Virus record (IMG/VR): IMGVR_UViG_3300031578_000012
Direction: 5' to 3' (one strand)
DNA from: a virus
DNA length: 64,000 nucleotides
Made by a program: the position numbers and the translations under genes. Positions 17,243-27,719 of this stretch are shown here, piece after piece. Numbering within the stretch: position 1 is the first letter of the stretch; the number at the start of each line of letters is the position of its first letter. The notes beneath the pieces are model-generated. The model ran no database searches. It was not told where the DNA came from and was given only the letters and a program-made list of their open reading frames with translations.

Positions 17243-19891
17243 ATGGCAGATCCGTTAGGAAATAAACGACTCATCATTGATGATAATCCTCAATGGAACA
17301 ATAGTATATTCCATGAGGGTAATCTTCCACCGAATACGGTCGTGTTTGATGACCTGGACTTGGGGTGTGATCCTACACAACCGGTAGAAGATCCTACGCC
17401 TTCTCTTGAGGGTTATTGGGATCGGGACGATACAAACGGATATTTATACCCAAAGCAGTTATCAGATGCTGTAATGGTAGGCAAGACTGCTCCTACTTAT
17501 GGAGAGATGCTGGGGGTAACTGGTAGTATCTATACTAATGTTGGGTACCTTCTTGACGCCAATTCAAAAATTTATCGACCGGCGGCGAATCAGATTTTCT
17601 TTCAAATAAACAGTGTAAATGCTTTAAAATTATATTACGGGACCGCCAAATATCTTGGAGGAGAAATTACATCGGGATGGAAGTTACCCCTGGACACCCC
17701 TTCCATCTCGGCTCCTCCTTACACCTTTCAGGGGGATGAAGATACCGGTATGTACCATCTTGAAGCTAATGGTATTGGATTCGTTGGTGGTGGATCCAGT
17801 TTGCTAGCACTAAACGCAGATGGATCCATAATCTTGGGAACCATTCCTACCGATGACCCGACTTCAGCTATGCCGGCACTTGCAATTGATACGGCTACCG
17901 GTAAGATACATAAGCGTGACCTGGATGATCTTCATGTGCATTCCAATATTTCGGTTCTGGATCTTCTTGGCGCTAGTGGGGGAAAGCTTACCTATAACGG
18001 GGTTTTGGTAACAGATTTTACCGGGTATGCTACTGAAGCTTATGTTGATGCAGCTGATGCTATTTTGCAGGCAGATATTAACACCAGATCTTTAAATACT
18101 CATAATCATACTTTAGTTAGTCTTACGGAACATAGTTATACTAGCTTAACAGATAAACCGGATTTAACTTCTCTTCATATTCATACGAATAAACCTACTC
18201 TGGATGTGATAGCTGATTATACTTCTGCTACTCAGAATGATTTGCTTATTCGAGATGCTGCCGGCACAGCCTGGGTGCCTCCATCTACTTTTAGTGTTCC
18301 AATAGAACTTGTAAATGGGTCGTTCAGAGAAACATTTGATGCAAGAGTAACCAGTAATGGTACAGATATAACAATGTCCTTGGAACAAACGGGAACAGGA
18401 AACCTTACTATGCAGTTCAGTGATGGATATACTACTTTAGACTGTACTCCTGCTCTTACCATTATCCTTACCGCCGGAACCGATGCTATTCCTCAAAAAA
18501 ATTATATTTATATACTACAATCAACAAAGGCTCTCACAAAGAGTACTTCGGACTGGCCGGCTATTGAACATATAAAAGTTGGATTCTTTTTGGTTTCATC
18601 ACCTACCTATGTTCAGGCAGAAGGTCCTCTAATTAATCAGAACTGGAACGATCATCTATCTGGAACAGATAATATGGGCCATCTTGGTCATATTTCAGAA
18701 AGAGCACGTAGGGATGCTGCACATTATTTCAGTGGTATAGATGGAACCGGAACGGATGATTACACAACCAGTACTACCGGATCCGTTACAGTTCAGTGTA
18801 GCTCCGGAGTTGCTTATCAACTGCATGCATATACATATGCAGCAAAAGATACAAGTGGTACTGATGATATACATGTGGTGAATCATGATACTACTCCTTA
18901 TTATGCCACTCAGAATCTGTATAATGTGGTAAATGACGCCAATGGAGGTTCATTAACCAATAGATATTTTAATATTGTACTTTGGGGCGTGATTAATAAA
19001 ACCGGGGAATACTCACCTTTATTTGTCAATCTACCTACCGGATCATACAATGTTCTCAACGATGCTGTGACTGATAAAAATGGGTATGATGTATTTTCCA
19101 TGCCGAGAGAATTTAATTTAGATTCAAGTACAGGATTTCTCATTGCCAGACTTACCTTTCGGAAAGAAGGTACAAGTTGGACTTATCATAGTACGGTTGA
19201 TTTAAGAGGACAAACTTCTATAGGTGTAGCAACAGGAGGAGTAGGAGGATCTATAACTTCCTTTTCTGATGCTGTGTTTGATATCTATAACAACGCAGAT
19301 AACACTAAACTTATCAATTTTGATCTTAGTGGGTTGACAACTGCAACTACCAGAGTGATCACACCTTATGACGGGAATGTCAGTCTGGTTAATTATGATG
19401 GATCAATTTTGAAGGTTGATGCCATACAGGAACTTACTTTAAATGCAGGTATATTACTTGGAAATGTTATGACTGTTGACCAGGAGAACAGCCGGGTAGG
19501 GATAGGAGAACCGGTTCCTGCGTATAAACTGGATGTCGCTGGTAGTGGTAGGTTTGCCGGTACAACGCTGGGACAGTCTATTATAGGATATGGGCTGATA
19601 ATTAATAACCAGGCATACCCTGGTCCTGAAGGCGATTTTCAAGTCAAGACAGATATTTACAATGCAATTGCTGTTGATGCAAGTGAAGATTCAATACTAA
19701 TAATGAGTAATATCTTAGGTAAGGTTGGATTTTTCAATGCAACTCCATCAATTCAATCTACAGGATGGAGCGTTACTAATCATGTAGTAGATAAAATTTT
19801 CAATGCAAATGCTACAACAATAAATGAACTCTGTGATGTACTTGGAGAATTAATAACTGAATTAAAACTTAAAGGAATACTGGGAAGTTAA
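17243..19891 (+). CDS. Tail fibre protein (882 aa)
   Basis: Long Gly/Thr/Ser/Asn-rich ORF in the tail block, first of three consecutive fibre or spike genes. The function is assigned from position and composition. Confidence 0.65.
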   Translation: MADPLGNKRLIIDDNPQWNNSIFHEGNLPPNTVVFDDLDLGCDPTQPVEDPTPSLEGYWDRDDTNGYLYPKQLSDAVMVGKTAPTYGEMLGVTGSIYTNVGYLLDANSKIYRPAANQIFFQINSVNALKLYYGTAKYLGGEITSGWKLPLDTPSISAPPYTFQGDEDTGMYHLEANGIGFVGGGSSLLALNADGSIILGTIPTDDPTSAMPALAIDTATGKIHKRDLDDLHVHSNISVLDLLGASGGKLTYNGVLVTDFTGYATEAYVDAADAILQADINTRSLNTHNHTLVSLTEHSYTSLTDKPDLTSLHIHTNKPTLDVIADYTSATQNDLLIRDAAGTAWVPPSTFSVPIELVNGSFRETFDARVTSNGTDITMSLEQTGTGNLTMQFSDGYTTLDCTPALTIILTAGTDAIPQKNYIYILQSTKALTKSTSDWPAIEHIKVGFFLVSSPTYVQAEGPLINQNWNDHLSGTDNMGHLGHISERARRDAAHYFSGIDGTGTDDYTTSTTGSVTVQCSSGVAYQLHAYTYAAKDTSGTDDIHVVNHDTTPYYATQNLYNVVNDANGGSLTNRYFNIVLWGVINKTGEYSPLFVNLPTGSYNVLNDAVTDKNGYDVFSMPREFNLDSSTGFLIARLTFRKEGTSWTYHSTVDLRGQTSIGVATGGVGGSITSFSDAVFDIYNNADNTKLINFDLSGLTTATTRVITPYDGNVSLVNYDGSILKVDAIQELTLNAGILLGNVMTVDQENSRVGIGEPVPAYKLDVAGSGRFAGTTLGQSIIGYGLIINNQAYPGPEGDFQVKTDIYNAIAVDASEDSILIMSNILGKVGFFNATPSIQSTGWSVTNHVVDKIFNANATTINELCDVLGELITELKLKGILGS

Positions 19892-19893
19892 AG

Positions 19894-21942
19894 ATGGCGA
19901 AAACTATTACATGGGAAACAACTAACTTCAGAATTAGAGCTGATGGCGGTGATGTAGATGATCCTATTACCTTTCAGGATATTGTTGATTATTTCAAGGC
20001 AAATCCAATTGACTCAAATATAGCATTTCCACAAAAATATGGAGCCAGTCCTTACGAATTATGTGAAGGCAACGCTTCTGATTGGAACGGAGTAAATGGA
20101 ATGAATGATCCGATAGATGACGCTGTGGACTTTCGGGTAAACAGCCAAAGTATTAAGGCTGAGGTTGCATCATTGCCTTCATCAAACCCATTTACTTTAA
20201 TTGCTTGGTATAACGAAGATTATGTAAGAATTGATATTAACGCTTTAGCTTTGGGATTTTCTGTTGGTGATGAAATTTTGGTCGGAGATACTACGAATTT
20301 TAATGGTATTTATCAGGTTACTGGATTCCTTTATTCTACTTATATGTATGCTCGTCATTTCAAAAATATAACTTCTGATTTACCGCCAGAAAGTTCAGGT
20401 AATGTTTACACTCCGTTAGCGGTAGAATTTAATAGGAATAACCAATACACTGATTGGAAATACCCTGCATATAATGTTTTCTGGGCCTGTATGTGTGATG
20501 CCTTCAATTTTTCGATAAAATCTGACGGGGTGGGATCACCTATACTGAAAGCCATTACAATACGAAACGGATATAATTATACTCCTACCAATTCTCAATT
20601 AATTTACGGATGCAGTACGTCAATTATAGACCTTCCATTGACATCTTCATGGCAAGACATTGAATACGTTTTCCGTGATGATTTCATACCATTAGGATGG
20701 GGTATAAACTCAGGAGTAAGGGCGTATTATGCCAGAGTCGCACGAATTTATTTCTTTTTTGATGGACTTTCAGTAGGAGAGAATGTATGGCTTGACGGGG
20801 TAAGGATGGTTTTGCGCGATCCCAATCCAAAAGAATTATCATATAATGAGTATGAATTTTTTACACCTTTATACATAGGTGCAGGAGGCGTGACGCATTT
20901 CAGGGATCATGGATTTCTGGTAAAATTTACAATGCTTGAGCAAACAATGATAACCAATGCTGCAGGGACTTCGATTACAGCTAACGGGTCTATTGGGGAC
21001 ATACAGCTTGGAGATTGGAACGGAACAGATAAAGAAGGTGGAACATTCTATTTTAATCAGTTTTCCTCAGAGGATAATGGTGCATTTATAATGCAAAACG
21101 TACGATGTCAAGGGATACAATTTCAAAGCAAGAAAGACGTTTATGCCTTTGCAAATTTTAGCACAGCTTCTGGATCTCAATTTAGAAATTGTAATTTTGT
21201 AAACCAGATAAATTTTTATGGGGCATTTAATGTATCCTTTGAGAATTGTGCCTTTATGGGTGGCAGATATTTTATGGCATTTCCGGGAGCGGAAATAGTA
21301 ATTAATGGAATGACAGTTTATGGAATTGGAAGTTATCCGTTTTTCATTCGTGGAGTTGCAGTAATGACAGATTTTAAAGGATTGAAGATCATTGATGCGA
21401 CAGCAAATAAATCGCTTGTCTATGCTGATAGTTATGGTGAAGGACCAAATGGAGTGAGATTCGTTAATTTTGATATTTCTGAGTGTAATAATCCACAAAT
21501 GGGAGTAAGCATAAGTGGACCATATAATAAACCTTTGAACAAATTTGCCTTTTCCTTTAATCTTACTGTAACAAATGGAGATGGAGTTGTAATAGAAAAT
21601 GCAAATGTTATAATGAAGGACAAGGACGGGAATGAATTGTTCAATGTAAATACTAATTCAAGTGGAGCAATCACAGAGCAGATCGTAACATATTATCAGA
21701 ATGATCCTGATTCAGTTGTACATGACTCTTTATACTTTGATAACGAGAGTTTATGGGTTACCTTCTATCCATACACCCTGACTATAACAAAGGCTAATTA
21801 CCAGACATACACCCGCACCTTCTTTGATAGCTACACAAGGGATTTAGAAGTCGCAAAGAAAGGCGCTAAATGGGAAATTGCATTACAATTACCTAAAACC
21901 GTTATTCACAGTGCAGAACTGTATGGAGCAACAATATATTAA
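19894..21942 (+). CDS. Tailspike-like protein with parallel beta-helix repeats (putative glycan depolymerase)
   Basis: Periodic N/G-x-hydrophobic rungs, FRNCNFVNQINFYGAFNVSFENCAFMGGRYFMAFPGAEIVINGMTVYG, are typical of pectate-lyase-fold spikes. Confidence 0.6.
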   Translation: MAKTITWETTNFRIRADGGDVDDPITFQDIVDYFKANPIDSNIAFPQKYGASPYELCEGNASDWNGVNGMNDPIDDAVDFRVNSQSIKAEVASLPSSNPFTLIAWYNEDYVRIDINALALGFSVGDEILVGDTTNFNGIYQVTGFLYSTYMYARHFKNITSDLPPESSGNVYTPLAVEFNRNNQYTDWKYPAYNVFWACMCDAFNFSIKSDGVGSPILKAITIRNGYNYTPTNSQLIYGCSTSIIDLPLTSSWQDIEYVFRDDFIPLGWGINSGVRAYYARVARIYFFFDGLSVGENVWLDGVRMVLRDPNPKELSYNEYEFFTPLYIGAGGVTHFRDHGFLVKFTMLEQTMITNAAGTSITANGSIGDIQLGDWNGTDKEGGTFYFNQFSSEDNGAFIMQNVRCQGIQFQSKKDVYAFANFSTASGSQFRNCNFVNQINFYGAFNVSFENCAFMGGRYFMAFPGAEIVINGMTVYGIGSYPFFIRGVAVMTDFKGLKIIDATANKSLVYADSYGEGPNGVRFVNFDISECNNPQMGVSISGPYNKPLNKFAFSFNLTVTNGDGVVIENANVIMKDKDGNELFNVNTNSSGAITEQIVTYYQNDPDSVVHDSLYFDNESLWVTFYPYTLTITKANYQTYTRTFFDSYTRDLEVAKKGAKWEIALQLPKTVIHSAELYGATIY

Positions 21943-21945
21943 GTA

Positions 21946-24240
21946 ATGGCAAACTTTGGAGATATAAATACAGACTTAGTACTAGCCGCATCACAGGCTG
22001 TCCGGAGAAATGCGGCGAATGATGCATTTGAAGCATTTGTTCCAGCATCTGCCACTGAGGTTTTCTGGCTTAGAGATATAGTTGGAGCTCCATTTCTTTA
22101 TCCAAAAACTGCTGGCGATGACGTAAAAATTGATGCAGAGTTATTTGTAGATACAATTAAGGAATATAGTTCTGGAGTAACCATTGAAGGAATTAAATCC
22201 ATTGATTCTTATTGGATTATTCCAGAAATTACTGCCCCTGCTGGTACACCTGCCGCTACTGAAGGATATCTTTTCATGGACAGTGCTGATGACCATATCA
22301 AATTTAAGAATAGTACAACGACTTATGATCTTACTGATACGGGTGGTGGGGGTATGGTTTACCCGGGTGCAGGGATAGCTCTTTCAACCGGAGCAGCTTG
22401 GGGAACATCTATTGCCGATAATAGTACAAACTGGAATACTGCTTATTCTCATAGCCAAATAATTACAGGTAATCCGCATGCTCTTGATTATAATGATGTA
22501 GGGGCAGCTGCAGTATCTCATGTACACGGTAATATTACCAATGCTGGGGCTATCGGATCAACTACAAATCTTCCTATCATTACAACCACTTCTGGTGTAT
22601 TAATAGCAAGTTCATTTGGAACAGGTGCTAATACATTTTGTCAAGGTAATGATGCCCGGCTATCCGATTCCAGGACTCCTACGGCTCATGCTATGGATTC
22701 GGCTACCTATCATACCAGTAGTGATGTAACGACTTTAAATGCCACAACCTCTAAGCATGGATTCTTACCTAAATTGGGTGGAGGCACAACAAATTATCTT
22801 CGCGCTGATGGGACATGGGCAACACCTCCTGGGGGTAGTGCTGTTTCAGTAGCCAATCAAGGTGATAACCGTGTTGTTACTGCTACAGCAGTTGGAGATG
22901 CTTTAAATGCTGAAGCTAATTTTACTTTTGATGGAACAACACTTTCTGTTATAGGCGGAAGTTATCAATTAAATATTACTGATGAAACGGTTGATTTTAC
23001 AAGAGCTTCAGCAAATTATATCAGAGCTTCTACTGCAGGTGGGTATTTTGGTATTATAACTAATGGTTTAGGAGTAGCAGTCTCTAATGCTCTCATATAT
23101 TTATCAACTGATGCTGCATATTTACGTCATGGTGGCGCTACCCCCGCTACGAAATTCGCAACAACTGCTACAGGAGTTAATGTCACAGGAGCTATGGTTA
23201 GTAATACAGCTGAGATAGGCGGGGATGTTACAATAAATGCGGGGGGGGCAACTTCTTTCTGGTTTATAGATGCTGATCATAATCTCAAAGTACAGGTAGA
23301 AAATGTTACAGCGGAGTTTGCAAGAGGTATGGCTGTTATGAATACTACTACCACTTATATGCAGATTGGTTTCTATGGTGTAAATTCTACTTTTGGGAGT
23401 GGGTTTGCTTATATCGGAAAGGCTTATAATGATCAATGCGCAAAATTTTACCCGGATGCTCAGGCTGAGTTACATTATAATAACGCAATAAAGTTTGAAA
23501 CAACAACTTTAGGTGTACTTGTAACAGGGGAGGTTAAATCATCTTCTGGATATTTTGCATCCAATGGTGCTAATGTTTATCTTGGGGTGACAGGTGGAGG
23601 TACGGTTTACTTACGTCCTACGGCTTATGGATCTGCAACTGCTCAATCTACCTTTTCAATTACTCAGGCTTTAGTGGGAACTCCTTTGGCTGTTACAGGG
23701 GCTTTACAGGTTAATGCTGATAATTCAGCGGGTTATGCAGCCATATTCGACCAGGATCATGCTACTGCTCACGGTATAAGAATTAACTTGGATGCAACAG
23801 CTGGGATTACATATAACGCAATATATGCAGAGAATTCAGTCGGGCAGATTGCTGAACTTCGATCAGACGGTGATTGGTGGGCTGCTGACTATATATTAAG
23901 TTCAGACAAGAGATTAAAAGATATATATGCTACTGTAGAGGACGGTCTTGATGGAGTTATGAAATTAAACCCGGTTACTTTTAGATGGAAAGATAAAAGA
24001 AATGATCTTATTCATACTGGGTTTGTTGCTCAAGAAGTACGGGAAGTATATCCCGAGCTCGTAAAAAAAGGTTCTGACGGGTTCCTTTCATTATCATACG
24101 GAAAGATGTCTGTGCTTGCCATAGCCGGGGTACAGGATCTTAGCAGGAAAGTGGATACCATTGAAGACAGGCTACAAAAAAGAATTACTGAACTTGAAGA
24201 CCGAGTACAGGAATTGGAAGATGACAAGTGGTGTATATAA
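21946..24240 (+). CDS. Tail fibre with C-terminal intramolecular chaperone (peptidase S74-type) domain
   Basis: The C-terminus SSDKRLKDIYATVEDGLDGVMKLNPVTFRWKD...GFVAQEVREVYPELV...LSLSYGKMSVLAIAGVQDL, followed by a coiled coil, matches the endosialidase/fibre autoproteolytic chaperone signature. Confidence 0.85.
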   Translation: MANFGDINTDLVLAASQAVRRNAANDAFEAFVPASATEVFWLRDIVGAPFLYPKTAGDDVKIDAELFVDTIKEYSSGVTIEGIKSIDSYWIIPEITAPAGTPAATEGYLFMDSADDHIKFKNSTTTYDLTDTGGGGMVYPGAGIALSTGAAWGTSIADNSTNWNTAYSHSQIITGNPHALDYNDVGAAAVSHVHGNITNAGAIGSTTNLPIITTTSGVLIASSFGTGANTFCQGNDARLSDSRTPTAHAMDSATYHTSSDVTTLNATTSKHGFLPKLGGGTTNYLRADGTWATPPGGSAVSVANQGDNRVVTATAVGDALNAEANFTFDGTTLSVIGGSYQLNITDETVDFTRASANYIRASTAGGYFGIITNGLGVAVSNALIYLSTDAAYLRHGGATPATKFATTATGVNVTGAMVSNTAEIGGDVTINAGGATSFWFIDADHNLKVQVENVTAEFARGMAVMNTTTTYMQIGFYGVNSTFGSGFAYIGKAYNDQCAKFYPDAQAELHYNNAIKFETTTLGVLVTGEVKSSSGYFASNGANVYLGVTGGGTVYLRPTAYGSATAQSTFSITQALVGTPLAVTGALQVNADNSAGYAAIFDQDHATAHGIRINLDATAGITYNAIYAENSVGQIAELRSDGDWWAADYILSSDKRLKDIYATVEDGLDGVMKLNPVTFRWKDKRNDLIHTGFVAQEVREVYPELVKKGSDGFLSLSYGKMSVLAIAGVQDLSRKVDTIEDRLQKRITELEDRVQELEDDKWCI

Positions 24241-24274
24241 GATGACATTTAAAATAAAAAACAAATAATTAAAA

Positions 24275-25648
24275 ATGGCAAGAGTACCCGATTCTACAAG
24301 TTTTGCACTTTCTGAAGTAAGAGATGTTATTGATGATGATCCTGCTACAGCAGTTGTAACAAGTGTAACAGACAATGGTGGTGTTGCCAGATTTAATACA
24401 TCAAATACAAAAGGTCTCGATCCTGGCGATAACATTTCATTAACTGGATTTACTTCCTATAATGGTGTATATGCTGTTACTGCATTAAGTACAGATAGCT
24501 GGATTGAAACAATTCAGGGTTATGCAGGCGATGAATCTGGTATTTGGACTGCTACATTGTTAAAGACCCTTATTGATTGTTTTGATAATGCCATTGCAGC
24601 AAGGTTTGATCCAAGATATGAAGGATCAAAGGACCGTCAAAGTAATTTTCAGAATTATGGATGGCAGTTAATACTTACTTTGATAAATACTCATTACGAT
24701 GCTACAAGATCCTATAATAACCTAGACGGATGTACTGGTTGGCTTTTTGTTGCATGTGCATATGGATTAGTTTCTTATTCAGTTAATTCTAGCGGAGTGT
24801 TGTCCTATAAAGATACTTGGACAGATGCTGATGATGATTCTTTACTAAATATTTGGGTAGCAGACAGTGATAACTTTATTTTCTGCGTTGATGGGTATGA
24901 TGATACATTGAGATCTTTCACTTACAATGTAACCACAGGGGCTATAACATATATAGACGATGATGGACAAATATATGTCAATCCGTTACCAGGGAACATT
25001 GCAGGTCAAGGAAATACTATTACCGGGGATGATAATAAATTTGTTTTTTTTCTTACTAATCCTGGTAGTGGTTACAATGCCATTATAACATCTGAGTACG
25101 ATGGAAGTGCAAACATAGCTTATAAAACATCTATTACCGGGGCCCTTAATGAAACGTTTAGTGCTATCTGGTATGATATTTCAAGCGGTTATCTATTCAC
25201 AGTCGGGTCAGCAGGGTTGTCAATTTTTAGCATTAATCAAACAACAGGAGTATTAACAAGAATAGATTCTGAGAATGGTGGCCTGGGTGCAGGATGGAAC
25301 GATGTATGGACTGATGGTATTTATGCCTATGTCAGTACTACTTCTTATGGACTTGCTGTTTTTTCATGGGATGGTGGTGGAAATCTTACTTTTGAAGATT
25401 GGACAGATACTGACGATTCGTCAGCAATATATGCCATATCTGGTGACACTGATAATAAGTTTATCTATTGTCAGGGTGGAGATGGTAAAGTTCATATTTT
25501 TACTTTCCATAACGGTGCAGTATATTGTCACGGGGAGAGTACTGCAGCAGTTTCAAATATGCTGGACGTACATGTTCCGTATGATGTGGTAAATGTACTA
25601 GCAGTAGCAAGAGGTACTACAGGTCTTTCTACATATGGAATTAGTTAA
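24275..25648 (+). CDS. Beta-propeller-like repeat protein (LVIVD-like GL-x-hydrophobic repeats)
   Basis: Repeated motifs YGLVSYSVNSSGVLS, AGLSIFSINQTTGVLT, YGLAVFSWDGGGNLT and TGLSTYGIS. Confidence 0.55.
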   Translation: MARVPDSTSFALSEVRDVIDDDPATAVVTSVTDNGGVARFNTSNTKGLDPGDNISLTGFTSYNGVYAVTALSTDSWIETIQGYAGDESGIWTATLLKTLIDCFDNAIAARFDPRYEGSKDRQSNFQNYGWQLILTLINTHYDATRSYNNLDGCTGWLFVACAYGLVSYSVNSSGVLSYKDTWTDADDDSLLNIWVADSDNFIFCVDGYDDTLRSFTYNVTTGAITYIDDDGQIYVNPLPGNIAGQGNTITGDDNKFVFFLTNPGSGYNAIITSEYDGSANIAYKTSITGALNETFSAIWYDISSGYLFTVGSAGLSIFSINQTTGVLTRIDSENGGLGAGWNDVWTDGIYAYVSTTSYGLAVFSWDGGGNLTFEDWTDTDDSSAIYAISGDTDNKFIYCQGGDGKVHIFTFHNGAVYCHGESTAAVSNMLDVHVPYDVVNVLAVARGTTGLSTYGIS

Positions 25649-25684
25649 ATGATGTTATATTTTTGTTTTTAATCTAAAAAATGT

Positions 25685-25692
25685 TATCTTTG
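25685..25692 (+). promoter_or_regulatory. TAnnTTTG box (TATCTTTG) ahead of the replication block
   Basis: Lies in the 112-nt gap between the structural and replication modules. It is followed by the alternating Pu/Py run tacacgtacacaca. Confidence 0.45.
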
Positions 25693-25760
25693 TGGGTACA
25701 CGTACACACAAAGACAGATAGTTGTCGAATAATTGTAATTATAATTAAAAAAAGAGTATT

Positions 25761-26084
25761 ATGGCAAAGATTAAGTTTGATGTGGAGTTGAAGAATCTTA
25801 AGGGTGACCAAATAAAGGGGCCGGATAATGAAATTTGGACATTAGGGGATGCTTGTAAGAATGCCCTGTTGTCATATGATGAAAAAGCATCTGGAAATGA
25901 GAAGTATGAAGCGTTTCAGCTTTCTATGAAAATCGATTCTGCTCCTGCAGACGGTGTTGATTTAAAAGCGGAAGAAATTACTAAAATTAAGAATGCAGTC
26001 GGAAGAACCGGCTTTCCATTACTTGTAGGTATAGTATGGAATCTATTGGAAGGAAAAGATCCTTATAAATCCGTTAAAGTATAA
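25761..26084 (+). CDS. Hypothetical protein (107 aa)
   Basis: First ORF after the candidate promoter. Confidence 0.6.
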   Translation: MAKIKFDVELKNLKGDQIKGPDNEIWTLGDACKNALLSYDEKASGNEKYEAFQLSMKIDSAPADGVDLKAEEITKIKNAVGRTGFPLLVGIVWNLLEGKDPYKSVKV

Positions 26085-26089
26085 TAACC

Positions 26090-26371
26090 ATGGCTGGATG
26101 CTTATCTACTGAAGAGTGTAAAAAAATACTAACGAATCAGGAAGCACTGAAGGGGAGCAACAAAATCCTTCAAGGGGATGTTTCTGCAATAAAGAATGCT
26201 TTGTTAGGGGATATGTATCATCCAGTTGGTTTAGTAGAAAGGGTTCGTATCCACGAAAAGAAGATTTCGAAGATAGAAAGATCTAGTCTTGTTTTTGCGG
26301 GTATAAGTACAATACTTGTAACGATTGCTATTTTTTGGCGTAATATAACCGCCATATTTGTTGGCGGATAA
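26090..26371 (+). CDS. Hypothetical protein with C-terminal TM helix
   Basis: 93 aa. Hydrophobic stretch LVFAGISTILVTIAIFW. Confidence 0.55.
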   Translation: MAGCLSTEECKKILTNQEALKGSNKILQGDVSAIKNALLGDMYHPVGLVERVRIHEKKISKIERSSLVFAGISTILVTIAIFWRNITAIFVGG

Positions 26372-26393
26372 TACTACAAATTTACCGGGATAT

Positions 26394-27719
26394 ATGACAA
26401 CAGACTTCCAGTTAGGACTGTTGCGATATCTTGTTCAGGAGCCAGATGGTGTTGAGTACATATTAGACATAGAGGAAGATATTTTTGATCTGGTCCAGTA
26501 TCAGATTGCTTTACAGATTCTCAAGAAGTACTACCGACTCTATAACATCACCCCGGGACGAATCGCAGCACAGCAATTTCTTGAAGAAGAAATAACGGAC
26601 ACTACTGACCTAAGTAAGGATGTAGCCAACTCGTTGAGGGATACTTTTGTATCCGTATATGAACCCCTATCAGACAATGATAAGGTAAAACTCCAGGATA
26701 CTCTTGTTATCCAGATCCAGGAGAAGCACATAGATAATATCTTTACTGATTATGCTGATAATAGATTATCTCCAGATCAGCTAATTCTTAGAATAAACAA
26801 GGTTGCCTCTTTTGTAAAAACTCCTGGTATTGATCTTTATGCCGATGGGAGTTTTTTAGCTAGGGATAGATCCCTTCACTACGATGATCAGGTAGAAGGC
26901 AATCCTACATTTCTCCATGACCTTAATATGCTCACATCCGCTAGGGGATTTTACAGTCCTCAGCTAATCGTATTCATGTCGGGTCCTAAGCACTTTAAGA
27001 CCGGCTTTATGATAATATTAGCCGTAGAGTATGCCCGGGATGGGTATAGCGTATATTATGCTGATGGAGAGAACGGGGCTAGAAGTATTCGCAATCGGGC
27101 AAAACAGACTCTTATGGGGTGCACACTCTCGGAGTTGTTTGATCCGGCTATATCAACCGAGTTGGATGATACCCTGATGCGGTGGAGCAGGAACATGGGA
27201 GGAGACATTTTCATAGAGGGTTATCCATCTTATATGAAAACACCTAATGATGTCCGGGGTAGACTGCAGTTCTTAAAAGATGAGCATGGCTTTATTCCAG
27301 ATATTATTTTTTGGGACTCCATAGACCATTTCATACCTAGTAATCCGGTAGATCAGAAAAGAGATACCCGGATCCAGATTCAAAAAGTATATCATGAGGT
27401 GATCAATCTTAATAAACAGCTCGGCTGTTTTTCTTTTGCTCCTTCCCAGGTTAACAGAAAAGCCGTTAACAAGAAAACATTTGATATGACTGACCTTTCG
27501 GAAGATTTTGGTAAGGCTATGAATGCTCATGCTGTATTTGCCATATGCGGTACTCCAGATGAAATAGATATGAATATCCGGAGAATCATACCAGTGGTGC
27601 AGCGGGAGGGAGTAGCCTACAAGGGTAGAAATATGTGTTTGGTGCAGGTTGATGAGGAGAGACAAATAGTAGAAGAGCTGGACAAGGAAGCTTATTTAGA
27701 GGGGGTGGAAGATGATTGA
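26394..27719 (+). CDS. DnaB-like replicative helicase
   Basis: Walker A-like GPKHFKTG, Walker B-like DIIFWDSIDH and a RecA-type C-terminal half. The ATG at 26394 is preferred over the TTG at 26358. Confidence 0.8.
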   Translation: MTTDFQLGLLRYLVQEPDGVEYILDIEEDIFDLVQYQIALQILKKYYRLYNITPGRIAAQQFLEEEITDTTDLSKDVANSLRDTFVSVYEPLSDNDKVKLQDTLVIQIQEKHIDNIFTDYADNRLSPDQLILRINKVASFVKTPGIDLYADGSFLARDRSLHYDDQVEGNPTFLHDLNMLTSARGFYSPQLIVFMSGPKHFKTGFMIILAVEYARDGYSVYYADGENGARSIRNRAKQTLMGCTLSELFDPAISTELDDTLMRWSRNMGGDIFIEGYPSYMKTPNDVRGRLQFLKDEHGFIPDIIFWDSIDHFIPSNPVDQKRDTRIQIQKVYHEVINLNKQLGCFSFAPSQVNRKAVNKKTFDMTDLSEDFGKAMNAHAVFAICGTPDEIDMNIRRIIPVVQREGVAYKGRNMCLVQVDEERQIVEELDKEAYLEGVEDD

